A DNA stretch of 64,000 bases from Eledone cirrhosa (GCA_964016885.1 OZ024748.1:33542001-33606000); one strand, 5' to 3'. Positions 24,445 through 39,110 are shown, numbered from the stretch's first letter. Numbers and translations: made by a program. The notes: generated by a model not told the origin, from the letters alone.

Positions 24445-25090
24445 ATATGCAATTAGGCACACATTGAAGTGGTTGATAGCTTTTGCAATCTAGGTGACTT
24501 AATTAGCAATGGTGAGGCTGCTCTGAAAGATAAATAGCTAGAATAAGGATAGGATGGAAACAGTTTAGAGAGCTACTTCAACAGTTGACCACAAAAGGTT
24601 TCTCTCTCAGTACAAAAGGACAACTGTATGACACGTGGGCGATGTGCAATGATCAATGGTACGAAACAAGGGCTGTGACTGCATAGGATATATAGACGGG
24701 AGAAGAATGCAACAACCATGCTTTGTAGGATATGTTATGTGCGTGTGAGAGAAAGACAGAGCTTGGTCGTGTTAAAGAAGAAGCTGGGTTTAAAAGTGAT
24801 CTGAAGTGGTATGTAAGAGAGAAGACTGGGTTTGTACGGACATGTGATGCACATGGATAATGACCGCTTGGTAATGATGTGCAGGAAATCCCAGTAGAAG
24901 GAAGCCATAGTAGAGGTAGACGAAGAAAGACCTGGACAGAGGCTGTGTGAACTGACTTCAAGTAATTGACTCTCACAGAGGAGATGACAAAGGAACACGA
25001 GTTGAAAGATGCCATGTTGAGAAGGACATGTCCAACCCAAGGAAGCATGGAAAAACGGACATAAAAACAGTGATGATGTTGATGAAGATG
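24445..25090 (+). mobile_element. Degraded RTE 3' fragment
   Basis: VDSFCNLGD..RIRIGWK..GHVM remnants and a GAT tail. Paralog at 48330-48900. Confidence 0.7.
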
Positions 25091-25404
25091 ACGTACATAT
25101 ACACATACACATACACAAATAAATCAAATACAAATATGCACAAATATACAAACACAGATACAAAAATATACACGGACATAAATTTCTACACACATACATT
25201 CACATATATATAACGTATGTAAATTCTGCACCATACAGTTTTGTCAGCACAAGTCTTGGCTACAACTTCTACATATAAAATGAAAGGAGAACAATTTCTT
25301 AGTAAAACAGTTGTATTCAAATTATTAACAACATTGGTGGCACTATTTTGGGTGAGTGATATGATTTTTATCTTGTCTGATTGTGTTTTATTAAGTAATC
25401 TTTA

Positions 25405-26038
25405 CAAGAGAATGATTTATCCCTGACATCAAAGTGATATGGTTCCTCTCCTGTATATGTTAGTGTGTAGTGAAGGCACAACATTTAGAGAATGATTTAT
25501 CACAGACATCACATTGATATGGTTCCTCTCCTGTATATGTTAATGAGTAGGGAAGCCACAACATTTACAGAAGGATTTACCACAGACATCACAGTGATAT
25601 GATTCCTCTCCTGTATATCTTAGTGTGTAGTGAAGCCACAACATTTAGAGAATGGTTTACCGCAGACATCACAGTGATATGGTTCATTTCCTGTAAATGT
25701 TAATGCCGAGTGAAGTGACTTATTTCAGAGAATCACAGTGATATGGTTTCTCTCCTGTATATATATGTTTGTATGTAGTTAATGTAGCAATGAAAGAGAA
25801 TGATTTCTCCCCAATGTGGTATGTCTTCTCACTCATATGAATGTATTTGTGTTTAATTAATTCACCATTTTGAGACAATGAGATATGACTTTGTTAAGGT
25901 TTGTCACCTGTATGGGTATATTTGTGTCTAGTTAAACTACTTGAAACGGTGAATGATTTACCACTGATATCAGTGATATGGTTTCACTCCTGCATGGGTA
26001 CGTATGTGAGAAGTTAATGTACCACTTGATGAGAACGA
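25405..26038 (-). pseudogene. Decayed C2H2 finger repeats downstream of the ZNF B stop
   Basis: About 83-bp units resembling TGEEPYHCDVCGKSF, with frameshifts and stops. Confidence 0.75.
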
Positions 26039-26827
26039 TTAACCACAGGCATCACAGTGATATGGATTGTCCCCTGTATGTATACATTTGTGAATAGGTA
26101 AATGACTACTTACAAGGAATGATTCACTACAGATATCATATTGAAATGACGTGTCTCCTGTATGTATACGTTTATGCTTAATTAAGCTACTGCTTTGAGA
26201 GAATGATTCACCACAGATATCACAGTGATATGGCTTGTCTCCTGTATAAGTACGTTTGTGAGAAGTTAATATACTACTTCGAGAGAATGATTTATCACAG
26301 ATATCACAGTGGAATGGTTTCTCACTTGTATGGGTACGTTTGTGAGAAGTTAATGTACTACTTTGAAAGAATGATTTACCACAGATATCACAGTGATAAG
26401 GCTTGTCTCCTGTATGTATACGTTTGTGGGAAGTCAAGTGACTACTTCGAGAGAATGATTTACCACAGATATCACAGTAGTATGGCTTCTCACCTGTATG
26501 GGTACATATGTGAGACATTAATGTACCACTCTCTAGGAATGATTTACCACAGATATTACATGGCTTCTCACCTGTATGTATACGTTTGTGTCTAGTTAAG
26601 GTACTACTAACAGAGAATGATTCACCACAGATATCGCAGTGGTATGGTTTCTCACCTGTATGGGTACGTATGTGTTTAATTAAAGTATCTGATGCAGAAA
26701 ATGAGTTGTTACAGAAATCACAGTGATATGGCCTCCCTTCTCTATTCTTTGACATCTCTTCTGGAGTAGCCATATCTTTAGACAATGTTTCACATTTAAT
26801 CTTCTTCTCACTCAATTTATTTTCCAT
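26039..26827 (-). CDS. Tandem C2H2 zinc-finger protein copy B (262 aa, about 7-8 fingers)
   Basis: Repeated CxxC-x12-HxxxH with TGEKPY/TGDKPY linkers. One finger has lost a Cys, one has lost a His, and the last is cut by a frameshift stop. Confidence 0.9.
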   Translation of the reverse strand: MENKLSEKKIKCETLSKDMATPEEMSKNREGRPYHCDFCNNSFSASDTLIKHIRTHTGEKPYHCDICGESFSVSSTLTRHKRIHTGEKPCNICGKSFLESGTLMSHICTHTGEKPYYCDICGKSFSRSSHLTSHKRIHTGDKPYHCDICGKSFFQSSTLTSHKRTHTSEKPFHCDICDKSFSRSSILTSHKRTYTGDKPYHCDICGESFSQSSSLIKHKRIHTGDTSFQYDICSESFLVSSHLPIHKCIHTGDNPYHCDACG

Positions 26828-27464
26828 GTTTCTTCTTCCCTTGGCAGAATTTACAGATGTTATTCTTGTCTTATTTTTTATATTATATTCCTGAAGATAT
26901 TTCTTCTGCTATATTTTCCTCAACTGTGACATCAGTTAATATCTGAAGATGATACAAACTTCTTTTTCATCCAAGTTTTGTTAAAAATCAAAATCATCTG
27001 ATAGTGAAGAAAATGAACTCAGTTTTGAGGAAATATTTCACAGTAATTCGACGACAGATTTATATAAACAGTGTTATATGAGTTCTGTATAAGACATTTT
27101 AGTCTTAAAATTATGGTAAATAGAGGTGATGTATCTGAGATTGAAAATAATAATTTATCCCAATGTCATCTGATAGTCTGAAATAAGAAAGAAACAGTAT
27201 GAGATAATAAAGAATTCTTAAGAAGCAGGGATAGATTTAACAGTGGAAATTTTATGTTTCTATATTGATAAACTGTAGATATCAACTTTCCTGTCCAGAG
27301 CAATTCTCTCCAATGTAAGCAGTGGTAATCAAGCATGTTCTATAAATTATATCCTTCTATCTCTTGGGAGGTCTACTCTATGGCAGTTTAGCATAAATTT
27401 TTGTAGAATTTTCTAACATAGCTATCATCTCCTCTCCTAGTGACATGTCAACACGAGTTTAACA

Positions 27465-28298
<834 letters not shown>

Positions 28299-28299
28299 T

Positions 28300-29084
28300 T
28301 GGAAAAAAAGGTTGCCCTGAGACTCTCATACTCTTTTCCATCAGGTGAAACTCTCGTAGCATCCAACAACATCAGAGACATGGAAGTAATTGGGGACAAC
28401 AACATAAGCTGGGACACTCATATAAAGAGCAAAGTTGACATGGCCTGCAGATTGTGTTCCTGGAATTTCAGAACCTTCCAGTCGAGAGATATCCCCACTG
28501 TTATCCTTCTCTTCTCCACATTTGCCCGACCCCACCTTGAATACTGCTGTCCACTGTCGTCTCCCCACACGAAACAAAGTAGCATGGAAGTTGAAGCACC
28601 TCAAAAGTCAATTACAAAAAAAGATAGATGGCATGACAGGCCTTGACTATGGGAGTTGATTAGAAAAGCTCAACTGGTATTCTCTCCAACATTGCCGTGA
28701 GCGCTACATTATCTGCATGATGTGGAAGATATTCCATTAGCATTGCCCAAATGATGTTGGCATCACCTTTAAGATACACCCAAGGCATGGGCCCCGTGCT
28801 ATCCGCCCACGACAAAAATCTCACTCACATCTCATAACAACAATACGGCACAATTATTTCACATCAATTGGCCCCGCCCTCTTTAACATGACACCAAAAC
28901 ACATTGAAACGGAAACAGACCCCAAAAAGTTCAAGAAGTCTTTGGACAAATTCCTTCAAGAAATCCTGGATATGCCTCCGTAAACAATAAATCCTGATTT
29001 GAAAGACTTCGCCAGGTGGTGCTGTTAAGTTATACATGGCCTGGGCCAATACTGGTCGAAACCTATCAAAGTTATCAAAGTTAC
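28300..29084 (+). mobile_element. CR1/L2-group LINE 3' fragment
   Basis: [22 protein letters not shown] and FKKSLDKFL remnants. Short tandem tail (TATCAAAGT)x2. Confidence 0.75.
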
Positions 29085-29109
29085 ACACATATATATATAT
29101 ATATATTTA

Positions 29110-32100
29110 TCCGAACGGAAGTCGAACGAATCGTGTGACGCACCAAACTACAGGCACATTTCCATCTAACACCACCGGCTCCGAACGCTCCAGACCCGTT
29201 TCTAGCCCTGGGCCGCCGACCATTGTCTTGGACGCCGGCACCAGGGCAATTTAGCACCCTGGACACGTTCGTTGTCGCCTACCGTAGCGCAGTAAATCGC
29301 TTCGACTTCCGCCACCGTTCCAAACGGAATAACATCTCACGGGGTGAACTCCTCACTCTCCGCTCCCTGCGTAGCCGAGATGACATCGTCATCAAACCGG
29401 CGGACAAAGGAGGCGCCGTGGTGGTATGGCGCGCTGACCTCTACACGGCTGAAGCCCTCAGGCAGTTCCGTAACCCCCTCTTCTACCGCCCTCTACCCTC
29501 TGACCCCACAACCCTCTACCAACAACAAGTTTCCTCCACCATCAAACACCTTGTCTCCTCCTCCCTCCTACCGCTTCCCACCTCATCGTACGCACCCCTA
29601 CTATCTACTTCCTCCCCAAACTCCACAAACCTGTTAACCCCGGCCATCCCATCGTCTCTGCTTGCAACTAACCCACTGAACTCATCTCCGCCTTTCTTGA
29701 CTCCATCCTCGCCCCCTCGTCACCACCCTCCCCTCTCACATCTCCGACACTAACCACGCCCTTCGCCTGTTCGACTCCTTCACTTTCCCACCCGGCCCAC
29801 ATCCCCTCCTCTTCACCCTAGATATCCAGTCCCTCTATACTGTCATCCCCCACGCTGACGACCTCGTGCCCTCCGGCACTACCTCGACCTTCGCCCTTCC
29901 CCCATCCCCTCCACCCCACCCTCCTTCACCTCGCCGAGCTGGTCCTCACCCTCAACTGCTTCTCCTTCTCGGGTGAGTTTTACCAACAGGTCACGGGGGT
30001 AGCCATAGGCACAAGAATGGGCCCAAACTATGCCAACCTTTTCGTTGGCCATGTTGAGGCCCAAATCTTTGCCCAGTACACCGGCCCCACGCCCGAACTA
30101 TACGGTCGTTACATCGACGACTGTATAGGAGCCACGACCCTCACCCTAGAACAGCTCGACTCCTTTCTCTCCTTCTTCTGCTCCTTCCACCCCTCCCTCC
30201 ACTTCACCACCTTTATCTCCACCACTCACGTCCACTTCTTTGACATCTCCATCGCATCGACCCCTCCCTCCGCTCCCTCATAACCTCCGCCTTCTTCAAA
30301 CCCACCGACACCCACTCCTACTCGACTTCACCTCCTCCCACCCCCCACACACTAAACACTCTATTCCCTACTCCCAACTCCTCCGGATCCGCCGCCTCTG
30401 CAGCCGAGATGCTGACTTTGAGTCCCAAGCACTTTCCCTAGTCAGCCATTTCATCCGGCGAGGTCCCCCCTCCCTAGTACACACCGCCCTCACTCGCGCC
30501 CGTACTGTCCACCCCTCCACCGCCCTCACCCCACGCCACCGCAACACCAACCCACCGTCTCCCCTTCCCCATCACCTACCACTCCTCCACCTCTTCCACT
30601 GCACCATCCTCCGCCTCTTCCGACCCTCCACTTCCTCCACCTTCCCATCTTCCCATCCCCACCCCTCCCCTCCTTCAAACGCGTACGTAATCTCCGCACC
30701 CTCGTCGTCCACAGCTCCCTACCTCCCAATCCACGCTCTCCTCCCCCCTGTGGTTCACTTCCCTGCTCCAGGCCTCGTTGCCACACCTGCCCACACATCA
30801 CCAACACCACGACCTTCCATGGTCCCAACGGCCACTCTCTCTCTGTCCGGCACACCTTCCGCTGCACCTCCTCCAACCTAGTCTATGGACTTCGCTGCAC
30901 GGAGTGCAACGCAACCTACGTCGGACAGACTAGACGTCACCTGGCGGACCGTTTCACGGAACACCTCCGGGATATTCGCCTCGGCGGGAGTTCCCCGATC
31001 GCCCGCCACTTTCGCTCCCCTGGACACTCCGCCCACCATCTCACAGTCTGTGGCCTACTCCAATGCCATGGAACACCCGCTACTCGCCTCATGGTCGAAC
31101 AACGCACCATCTTCACCCTCCAGACCCCCCCCCCCCCCCCGGCCTGAACTCCCCACCCCTATTCCTTTAGGCTTCGACCGCCCACATTCCCCTCTAATAC
31201 CCCTAACACACTTCCCCTTTCACCGCCCCACTCCCTTTGCCCATCCCACAATTAACATTACTAACACCCCCAACCCACATTACGGCCCTCCCCCCAACTT
31301 ACAATACTAACATCCCCACCCCTCCCCATAACCGCACACACCCACCTGAACATGTATACACGCACTCACACTATCCACACACCCTACTACCACCACTAAC
31401 CCTCACACACACATCCCCTCCGACCACCCTACAACTAACATCACTAACCTCCCCCCGACCCCACGCACACGAACACACACCATTACACACATACACCTAT
31501 GTACACCACCCGCTCCACACACTCAACCACCACTAACCCCCACTTACACACCCGCCTTCCACCCTTTCCCCACCACACGGAATACTAACACACACTTTAC
31601 CACACACACACTCATCCAAACACGCACACACACACCAGTATACTACACTCCCTCCTCTGTCCCAACACCTCTTCCCTCCCACTCTCTCTCTCTCCCTCTC
31701 CCCGCTCCTCTTACACTCCTTCACACACACACATCCCACTAACACCTCTACTAATATACACCCCGTCGCCCCACTTTACCACCCTCCCCCTCAACCATTC
31801 ACACCGACCCATCCTCTTGCATGTCCACCACACAAACAGACACACAGTCTACACCACACTGACCTTACTCCACCTGTCATCCAGCTCTGCTGCTATCTCC
31901 TCCTCCTCCTCCTCTACTTCTATCTCTTCACCTTGCCTTGACCCTCTGACCACTTCCTGTTGCGCGCGCACACCACTTCCCTCCACTTCCGACCACCAGC
32001 ATTGGATTCCACACCACCGGTCACTTCTCCAGCGATCCACTCCATACCATGGAAAATATCCAGCATCCCTTCTCACACTCGATGGAACTACCTCAGGAAC

Positions 32101-32605
32101 TTACCCACGAACATACACTCACATTTTTTTTCGTACCACGCCACCCACATATAAACACAAACACACACGTGCGTACCCCCACTTATATACACTCTCAACC
32201 TCCGGAATCCAGAACATGGAACCTCGTCCTTCTTCTCGCATACACCCACACACACACTCACGTACACCTACACACATACACAAACACCACCTTCAGCCTT
32301 CCCCGCTTTGACCCCCCTCCCAACTCCACCCGCCACCACCCTTACACGCCTTACACCCTTCCATCACTTGCTCATCTCATTATTAATTCTTATGTTTATT
32401 TTTCGTTTATTTTTATTCTTATTTTCATTTGTTCTCCATCGCCCCTTTTTCTAAATGTTTTTCCACACACCCGCGGAACTCTCTTCCTAACCTATTTATC
32501 TTGAAGAAGGGCATATGCCCGAAACGCCCCCCCCCTCAAAAGCGTGAACCTAGTAAACCTTTATTTGTCTGCCTCTCTGTTTTGTTCCCGTATAAATTTG
32601 CACTA
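29110..32605 (+). mobile_element. Penelope-like element (Neptune-type RT plus GIY-YIG), frameshifted and 5'-truncated
   Basis: IVIKPADKGGAVVVW, MGPNYANLF, RYIDD, SIPYSQLLRIRR, linker CSRPRCHTC, NLVYGLRC..C.ATYVGQT. Hammerhead-like TTGAAGA-A-GGGC-ATAT-GCCC-GAAAC at 32501-32525. Confidence 0.88.
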
Positions 32606-32610
32606 TACAT

Positions 32611-33015
32611 ATCATCATCATCAGGTCGAGCTTGCTCGGCATTCTACGACACGCTTCCTCCATCCATCTCTGTCTCTCATAGCGTTTGCCAGTTCTTCCG
32701 CAGTGCATCCAGTATCGTCCTCAAGTTGCTTGACGTATGTCTTCTTGGGACGACCAGCGTTTCTTGCTCCATGAGATGGACTCCATAACAACACATCACC
32801 TGCTATTTCTTCATTGCTGCGCCAACAGTGGCCAGCAAATCTGAGTCTCTGTCCACGTATTGACCTGCTGATAGGTGGTATATTGCCATAGAGATCCTTA
32901 TTTGTTGTGTGTTCCCTCCAAGACACGTTTAAAGCAGCGCGGAGCATACGTGTGTATGCCCCGTCTAGCTTTTTCTCCACTTTCGACGTTAGCGTCCAAG
33001 TGACAGAGCCATAAA
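32611..33015 (-). mobile_element. RTE-group LINE 3' fragment (third family)
   Basis: [32 protein letters not shown] with a (TGA)n tail. Confidence 0.8.
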
Positions 33016-33273
33016 CATACATATATATATATATATACATATATATATATTTATACATATATATATACGCACACATATATATACACATATTTATACATAT
33101 ATTTATATATATATACACACACACACATATATATACATACACATATTCATACATATATTATATATACACACACATATATATACACACACATATATATATA
33201 CACACACACATATATATATATACACACACACATATATATATATATACACACATATATATACACATATTCATAC

Positions 33274-33326
<53 letters not shown>

Positions 33327-33329
33327 CAC

Positions 33330-35835
33330 TCAAGAAATGAAGAAGGAGTGAGACTTCTTGAATTTTGTGATGCAAGTACACTGACTATTTGCAACACTAA
33401 CTTCCAGAAACCTGCCAACCACCAAATAACCTACAAATCAGGGGAGCATATAAGCCAGATTGACTTCTTACTAGTTAGGCAGATGATGTCAAATACCAAG
33501 GCATACCCTGGGGAAGAATGTACCCCACAGGTTAGTCGTTAGTGATATCTCAGTAAGCAAGAGATGGAATGAAACATACAGGAAGGTGTGGAGAAGAAAG
33601 GTCTGGAAGCTAAAAGACCTTTCACTACAATACAAATTTAGGAAAGCCCTTCAAGATGTGTGACATAGATAATAACTGGAATTTCTTACGTGACAACTTA
33701 CTGCAGGCTACTGATGAAACTTGTGGCTGGAGCAGAGCTCCAGCCAGACAGAGAGTGACCTGGTGGTGGAACAGCACAGTAGATAAGGACTTTAGAGACA
33801 AAAGACTACCATGGAAGGCTTGGAAAAAGGGTGGGAGTAGGGAAGGATATACAGCCGCTAAGAGAGAAGCTAGACGTCAGGTGTACTTAGCACGCAGGGA
33901 GGCTGAGAGTAGGAGGTTTGCCAATGTTCTGCGACGGGAAGATCAGAGGTGTGCAGTGTTCCACATTGCAAGGCAGTGTGTCAATGCAAATCAGGATGTT
34001 GTTGGAGATAAATGTGTCCGGAATGATGCCGGTGTACTTAGTGTCATGAATGACCAGAAAAGGAGGCCGGGAAATGTCATTATGAGAGACTGATGAATGT
34101 GGAGACCGAATGGGAGAGAGATAAATCAGTAGATCCGACAGAGGGAGCAGCTATTGAGATTAACAAATATAGGGTCCAAGAGGCGATTAAGGAAATGAAA
34201 AATGGTAATACTGCTGGACTGTCGGGGATAGTTGCTGAGATGCTGAAGGCATCAGGAGACGTAGGCACTAAACTGGTTGCACGCATCATCAATCAGGCTA
34301 TATATGGTGGTGTCATACCCAAAGACTTGTGCAGCAGTATTCTCATAAATTGCTACAAAGGTAAAGGGGATGCTCTGGAGAGGAGCAATTATAGGGGTAT
34401 AAAACTGATGGATCAGGTTATGAAAATGGTAGAAAGGATATTAGCACAACTAATTAGAGAAAGGGTCAAACTAGATGAGATGCAGTTTGGTTTTGTGCCT
34501 TGGAAGAGTACAACAGATGCCCTCTTCTTGGTGAGACAATCACAAGAGAGGTTCTTAGAGAAAAATAAACCACTATACTTAGCCTTTGTTGACCTAGAGA
34601 AGGCCTTTGATAGGGTACGCCGATCTGTCATCTGGTGGTCCCTAAGGAAGCTAGGTGTTGAGGAATGGCTTGTGAGGACAGTGCAAACTTTGTACAGAGG
34701 TGGTGTCAGTAAAGTGAGGCTAGGAATGGAGTTTAGTGAGGAATTCCAGATACAAGTAGGAGTACATCAAGATTCGGTCCTCAGCCCGCTCTTGTTCATT
34801 AAAGTCCTCCAAGCCATAACAGAGGAGTTTAAGACTGGCTGTCCATGGGAACCTCTCTATGCTGACGATCTGGTTCTTATAGCAGAATAAGTAGAGGAGC
34901 TAGAGAATAAATTCTGGCTATGGAAACAGCAGTTGGAAGCAAGAGGACTGAGAGTGAACAGAGCTAAGACAAAAGTGTTGATGAGTAGAAAAGAGGAGAA
35001 AACTTTGATTCCGTCAGGGAAATGGCCATGTTCGATATGCAGAAAAGGAACTGGCATAAATTCTATAAAATGCACACAATGCAGATCCTGGGTACACAAG
35101 AGATGTAGCGGGATAACAGGCAAACTAACAGGTAGGGAGAAATACGTATGCAGTAGATGTTCAGGGAAATTAGACAGTAGAAGTCGCATTGATAGACACA
35201 TTTTTCAAATGCAGGCGGGTGCTATAGAAATGGTGGATAGCTTCCGGTACCTAGGAGATCAGATTAGCATGGGAGGGGGTGTTCCGAGGCTATAGTATCT
35301 AGAATAAGGACAGGTTGGAAGAAGTTTAGAGCTGCTTCCTCTGCTGATGAAGAAGGGTTTCTCCCTTTGTACGAAAGGCCGGTTATATGATGCCTGTGTG
35401 AAGAGCGCGATGCTACATGGTAGTGAGGCATGGGCAGCAACTGCAGAGGATATGCGACGGCTGGAGAGAAATGAGGCAAGCATGCTCCGTTGGATGTGCA
35501 ATGTCATTGTGTGTGAATGACCCAGCATGAATGTGTTGAGAGAGAAACTGTGTCTGAGAGGGATAGATTGTAGTGTACAAGAAAGGGGACTGAGGTGATA
35601 TGGACATGTGATGCGCATAGAGGATGACCGATGGGTTAAGAAGTGCCAGGAAATGCCAGTTGAAGGAAGACGTAGTAGAGGTAGACCACGAAAAACATGA
35701 GCGGAGGCAGTGAGAACAGACCTCAGATCGCTGAAGCTCACGGTGGAGATGACGAAGGACCGTGACAAGTGATGCTGAATAAGACCCGTCCCACTCTTGC
35801 AAGCAGGGATTGCTTAGCAGAATGATGATGATGAT
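33330..35835 (+). mobile_element. Degraded RTE LINE (APE remnant, RT, PHD finger)
   Basis: Homologous to 1921-4697, with YADD, a PHD at 35029-35160, several stops and a GAT tail. Confidence 0.9.
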
Positions 35836-35922
35836 ACACACACACGCACACACATACACACACACACACACACACACATATATATGTATATATATATATA
35901 TACACACACACATATATATATA

Positions 35923-36442
35923 ATAGGTTGAGGAAAAAGTTTGTGTGCCATGTTAAAATAATGGTCGCGCCCACAACGCTAAACTTTACTGTGAGCAACT
36001 TGATCGTGTCTACGATGCGCTGGTTAAAAAGTACCCAAGTCTTGTTCGTCGAAAACACGCTTTGTTTGAACAAGACAATGCAAAGATGCATACCACCAGA
36101 AAGACCAGCAACAAGATTGAAGAATTCAACAGTGTGGAAGTTCTGTCACATCCAGCTTATAGTCCAGACATTGCTCCATCTGACTACGGTCTCTTCCGAT
36201 CAATGCAGCACCCTATGAAAGGTCGCCGATTTGAGTGATTCGATGAAGTTGAAGAAGCCTGTCAAGAATTCTTCGATTCAAAGCCGAAGGATTGGTACCT
36301 TGACCAAATCCAAAAACTTGCAGGTCGTTGACAGAAGGCAGTGGACAATGATGGTCTTTAAGAATAGTTGTTGTTTTTGAATAAATTCTTGCATAAAAAA
36401 TCATTATTTTAACACGGCGTACAAACTTTTTTCTCAACCCAG
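35923..36442 (+). mobile_element. Internally deleted mariner transposon
   Basis: About 40-bp imperfect TIRs (GGTTGAG.AAAAAGTTTGT..GCC.TGTTAAAATAATG), TA flanks, and transposase motif HPAYSPDIAPSDY.LF. Confidence 0.88.
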
Positions 36443-36721
36443 TATATATACACACACACACACACATATATATATTTCTACATATACATATTTATATACA
36501 TAATTATATTTACATACATATATACATTTATATATATATATATTTATAGACATATAGATATATTTATATACATATACATAGATATATTTATATACATATA
36601 CATATATATATATATTTATACATATATATATTCATATACATATATATTTATATACATTTATATATATATATTTATATACATATACATATACATATTTTTT
36701 TCAATATATATGTGTATATAT

Positions 36722-36914
36722 AAATTTATCCCGGGTTCAATCAGGAGTAACCCCAGTAAGTAAGGTACTCAATACATGGCTGAGTATAAATATTTAATAT
36801 AGAAATGGCTTCTACAGGACTAGAACTGTTTCATTCGGGAGAAATCATCTGGAAGCTTCCTGATGATTTCTCCCGAATGAAACAGTTCTAGTCCTATGGA
36901 AGCCATTTCTATAT
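36722..36914. mobile_element. Fold-back element: 118-bp loopless palindrome (36797-36914) with a hammerhead-like core in each arm
   Basis: Centre GGAAG|CTTCC, 3 mismatches in 59 pairs. CTGATGA-TTTCTCCCGAAT-GAAAC at 36860-36883. TA flanks. Confidence 0.7.
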
Positions 36915-37092
36915 ATATGCTAGTATTCAAGTGTTTAGGGTGAGACTGATAACATTGTCAGAACTCATTGCAGCCTTGAAGAGATGGTTTCAACAAGATT
37001 GGGCGGTGAAAGTTATAGTTTTTGTAGTAGGATCTCATCATATAAGGTTCCTTCAAAGATTCTTCTAGAGTTACAGAGTCATTTATATATAT

Positions 37093-37396
37093 ATGTGTGT
37101 GTTTTGAACAATGAAAATAAAACTTGAGACAAAGATATGTTCTTAATTATTTCATTGTTTTACGATCATTTCAGAGGTTTAATTGATCATGGTAGATTGA
37201 TATATTGACAAACAGGTAGTTGTCATGTCACTAACTATTTCTAGTCTAAATATCCCTGATCAATCACAACATATCAATATATTGATTTACCATGATCAAT
37301 CAACCCTCTGAAACGACCGTAAAACAATGAATTAATTAAGACCATATCTCAGACTTTTGTTTTATTTTCATTGTTCAATACCCACAAACACACATG
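37093..37396. repeat. Diverged inverted-repeat element (about 115-125 bp arms)
   Basis: 37093-37208 is an imperfect reverse complement of about 37270-37396. Contains GAAA-CG-AC-CG-TA. Confidence 0.65.
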
Positions 37397-37404
37397 TATA
37401 ATTG

Positions 37405-39110
37405 ACAATCTCTTTGGAATAATTGATAAGACTTGTGGCTGGAACAAAGTACCAGCCAGACAGAGGGTGACCTAGGGGTGAAACAGCACAGTAGATAGAG
37501 CCATTAACCCTGTAGCATTTACATTACTCTATATTTACTATTATATTTTCATGATAAAGTCTTTATCTCACATAATATTGAATTTATGAGACTTTGATAT
37601 TACTTATTTTGAGGATAATATATTAACATCAATATGAGCGACCAGTTACAGCTGGTTTGAACAGAAAAAGGTGAGAGAATTCTGGCTGGATTTGGCCAGT
37701 TTAAATGATAAATGATTAAAGACAAGTGACAGGCATGGAAAGACTGGAAAAATAGGGGTATCAGATCAGGACCAGGTAGCTAAGAGAGAAGCTAGAAGAC
37801 AGGTATACATAACACAGAGAGAGGTTGAAAAAAGAAAGTTTTCCAAAGTCTTGAAACGTGAGAATCAGAGGTGTGAAGTGTTCCACATTGCAAGATAGGG
37901 AAAGGTGTGTTAGAAATGACACTGGTACACTTAGCACCACTGACACTAAAAAAAAAAGAGGCCTGGAAATGTTTCTATGAGAGATTGGTGAATGTAGAGA
38001 ATAAATTAAGAAGCAATCTTAGACTTTTGTTTTACGTTCATTGTTTAACACACATACACATATAATTGACATTCTCTTTGGAATTACTGATGAAACTTGT
38101 TAGTGACACAACTACAAGAGAAGTTCCTAGCCAAGATTAAGCCACTATATTTAGCTTTTATAGATCTAGAAAAGGCCTTTTACAGAGTACCTTACTCTGT
38201 TATCTGGTGGTCCTTCAGAAATTTAGGTGTAGAAGAATGGCTTGTGAGAGAAGTGCAAGCCATGTACAGAGGAGCTGTCATTAAAGTGAGAGTAGGAAGG
38301 GAGTTTATTGAGGAATTCAATGTACAGGTAGGTGTTCATCATGGTTCAGTTCACAACCCACTGCTGTTCATCATAGTTCTCCAGGATATAACCAATGGGT
38401 TCAAGACTGGCTGTTCACAGGAAACAGTCTACGTGAATGATCTGGTCCTTATAGCTGAATCCATAAAAGAACTAGAGAATAAGTGACCCTACTGCATATG
38501 TAGAAAAGGAGTAGGCATAAACTGTACACAATGGTAACCTAATTAGCAGCGGAGGAGGGTGCTTCGTAAGAGAGGATAGGATTGAAGTTTAGAGAGCTAC
38601 TTACACTGTCGGCAAATAAAGGTTTCTCCCTACGTACAAAAATGTTGGCTGTATAATGCCTGTGAGTAAAGTGCAATACTGTATGGAATTGAAATATGGG
38701 TAGTAACTGCAGAAGACATGCATAAGCTGGAGAGAAAGGGGGCAACCATGCTTCATTGGATGTGCAACGTAAATGTGAGAGGAAAGCAGAGCTTGGATAA
38801 AATGAGGAAGAAATTGGACTTCAGAGGAAACCGAAGTGGTGTGGAAGAGAAATTGCTTTGGTACAGATATGTGATATGCATGGATGGTGATCACTGGTTA
38901 AAGAAGTGCCACGGAATACCAGAGGAGGGAAGCCATGCTAGAAGTAGACCTAGGAAGACCAGGGCAGATGTGGTGAGAGCTGATCTCAAATTGCTGAGAC
39001 TCGCAGAGGAGATGACGAAGGAACGAGCGAGTGAGGAGATGTGCTTAGAAGGACCCACCAACCTATGCCAGGATTGAAAAACGGACGTAAAACTATGATG
39101 ATGATGTAGA
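37405..39110 (+). mobile_element. Heavily degraded RTE LINE
   Basis: QLQEKFLAK.KPLYLAFIDLEKAF, GVHHGS and RPRKT remnants with a GAT tail. Confidence 0.8.
37504..37719. mobile_element. piggyBac-type MITE
   Basis: TTAA-CCCTGTAGCATTTA ... TAAATGATAAATGA-TTAA. Removing it restores the RTE reading DRAIKDK. Confidence 0.75.

Noticed and set aside
31237-32504. Pro/Thr/His-rich ORFs as mucin-like genes
   Set aside because: These are open frames caused by the C/A-skewed low-complexity PLE tail.
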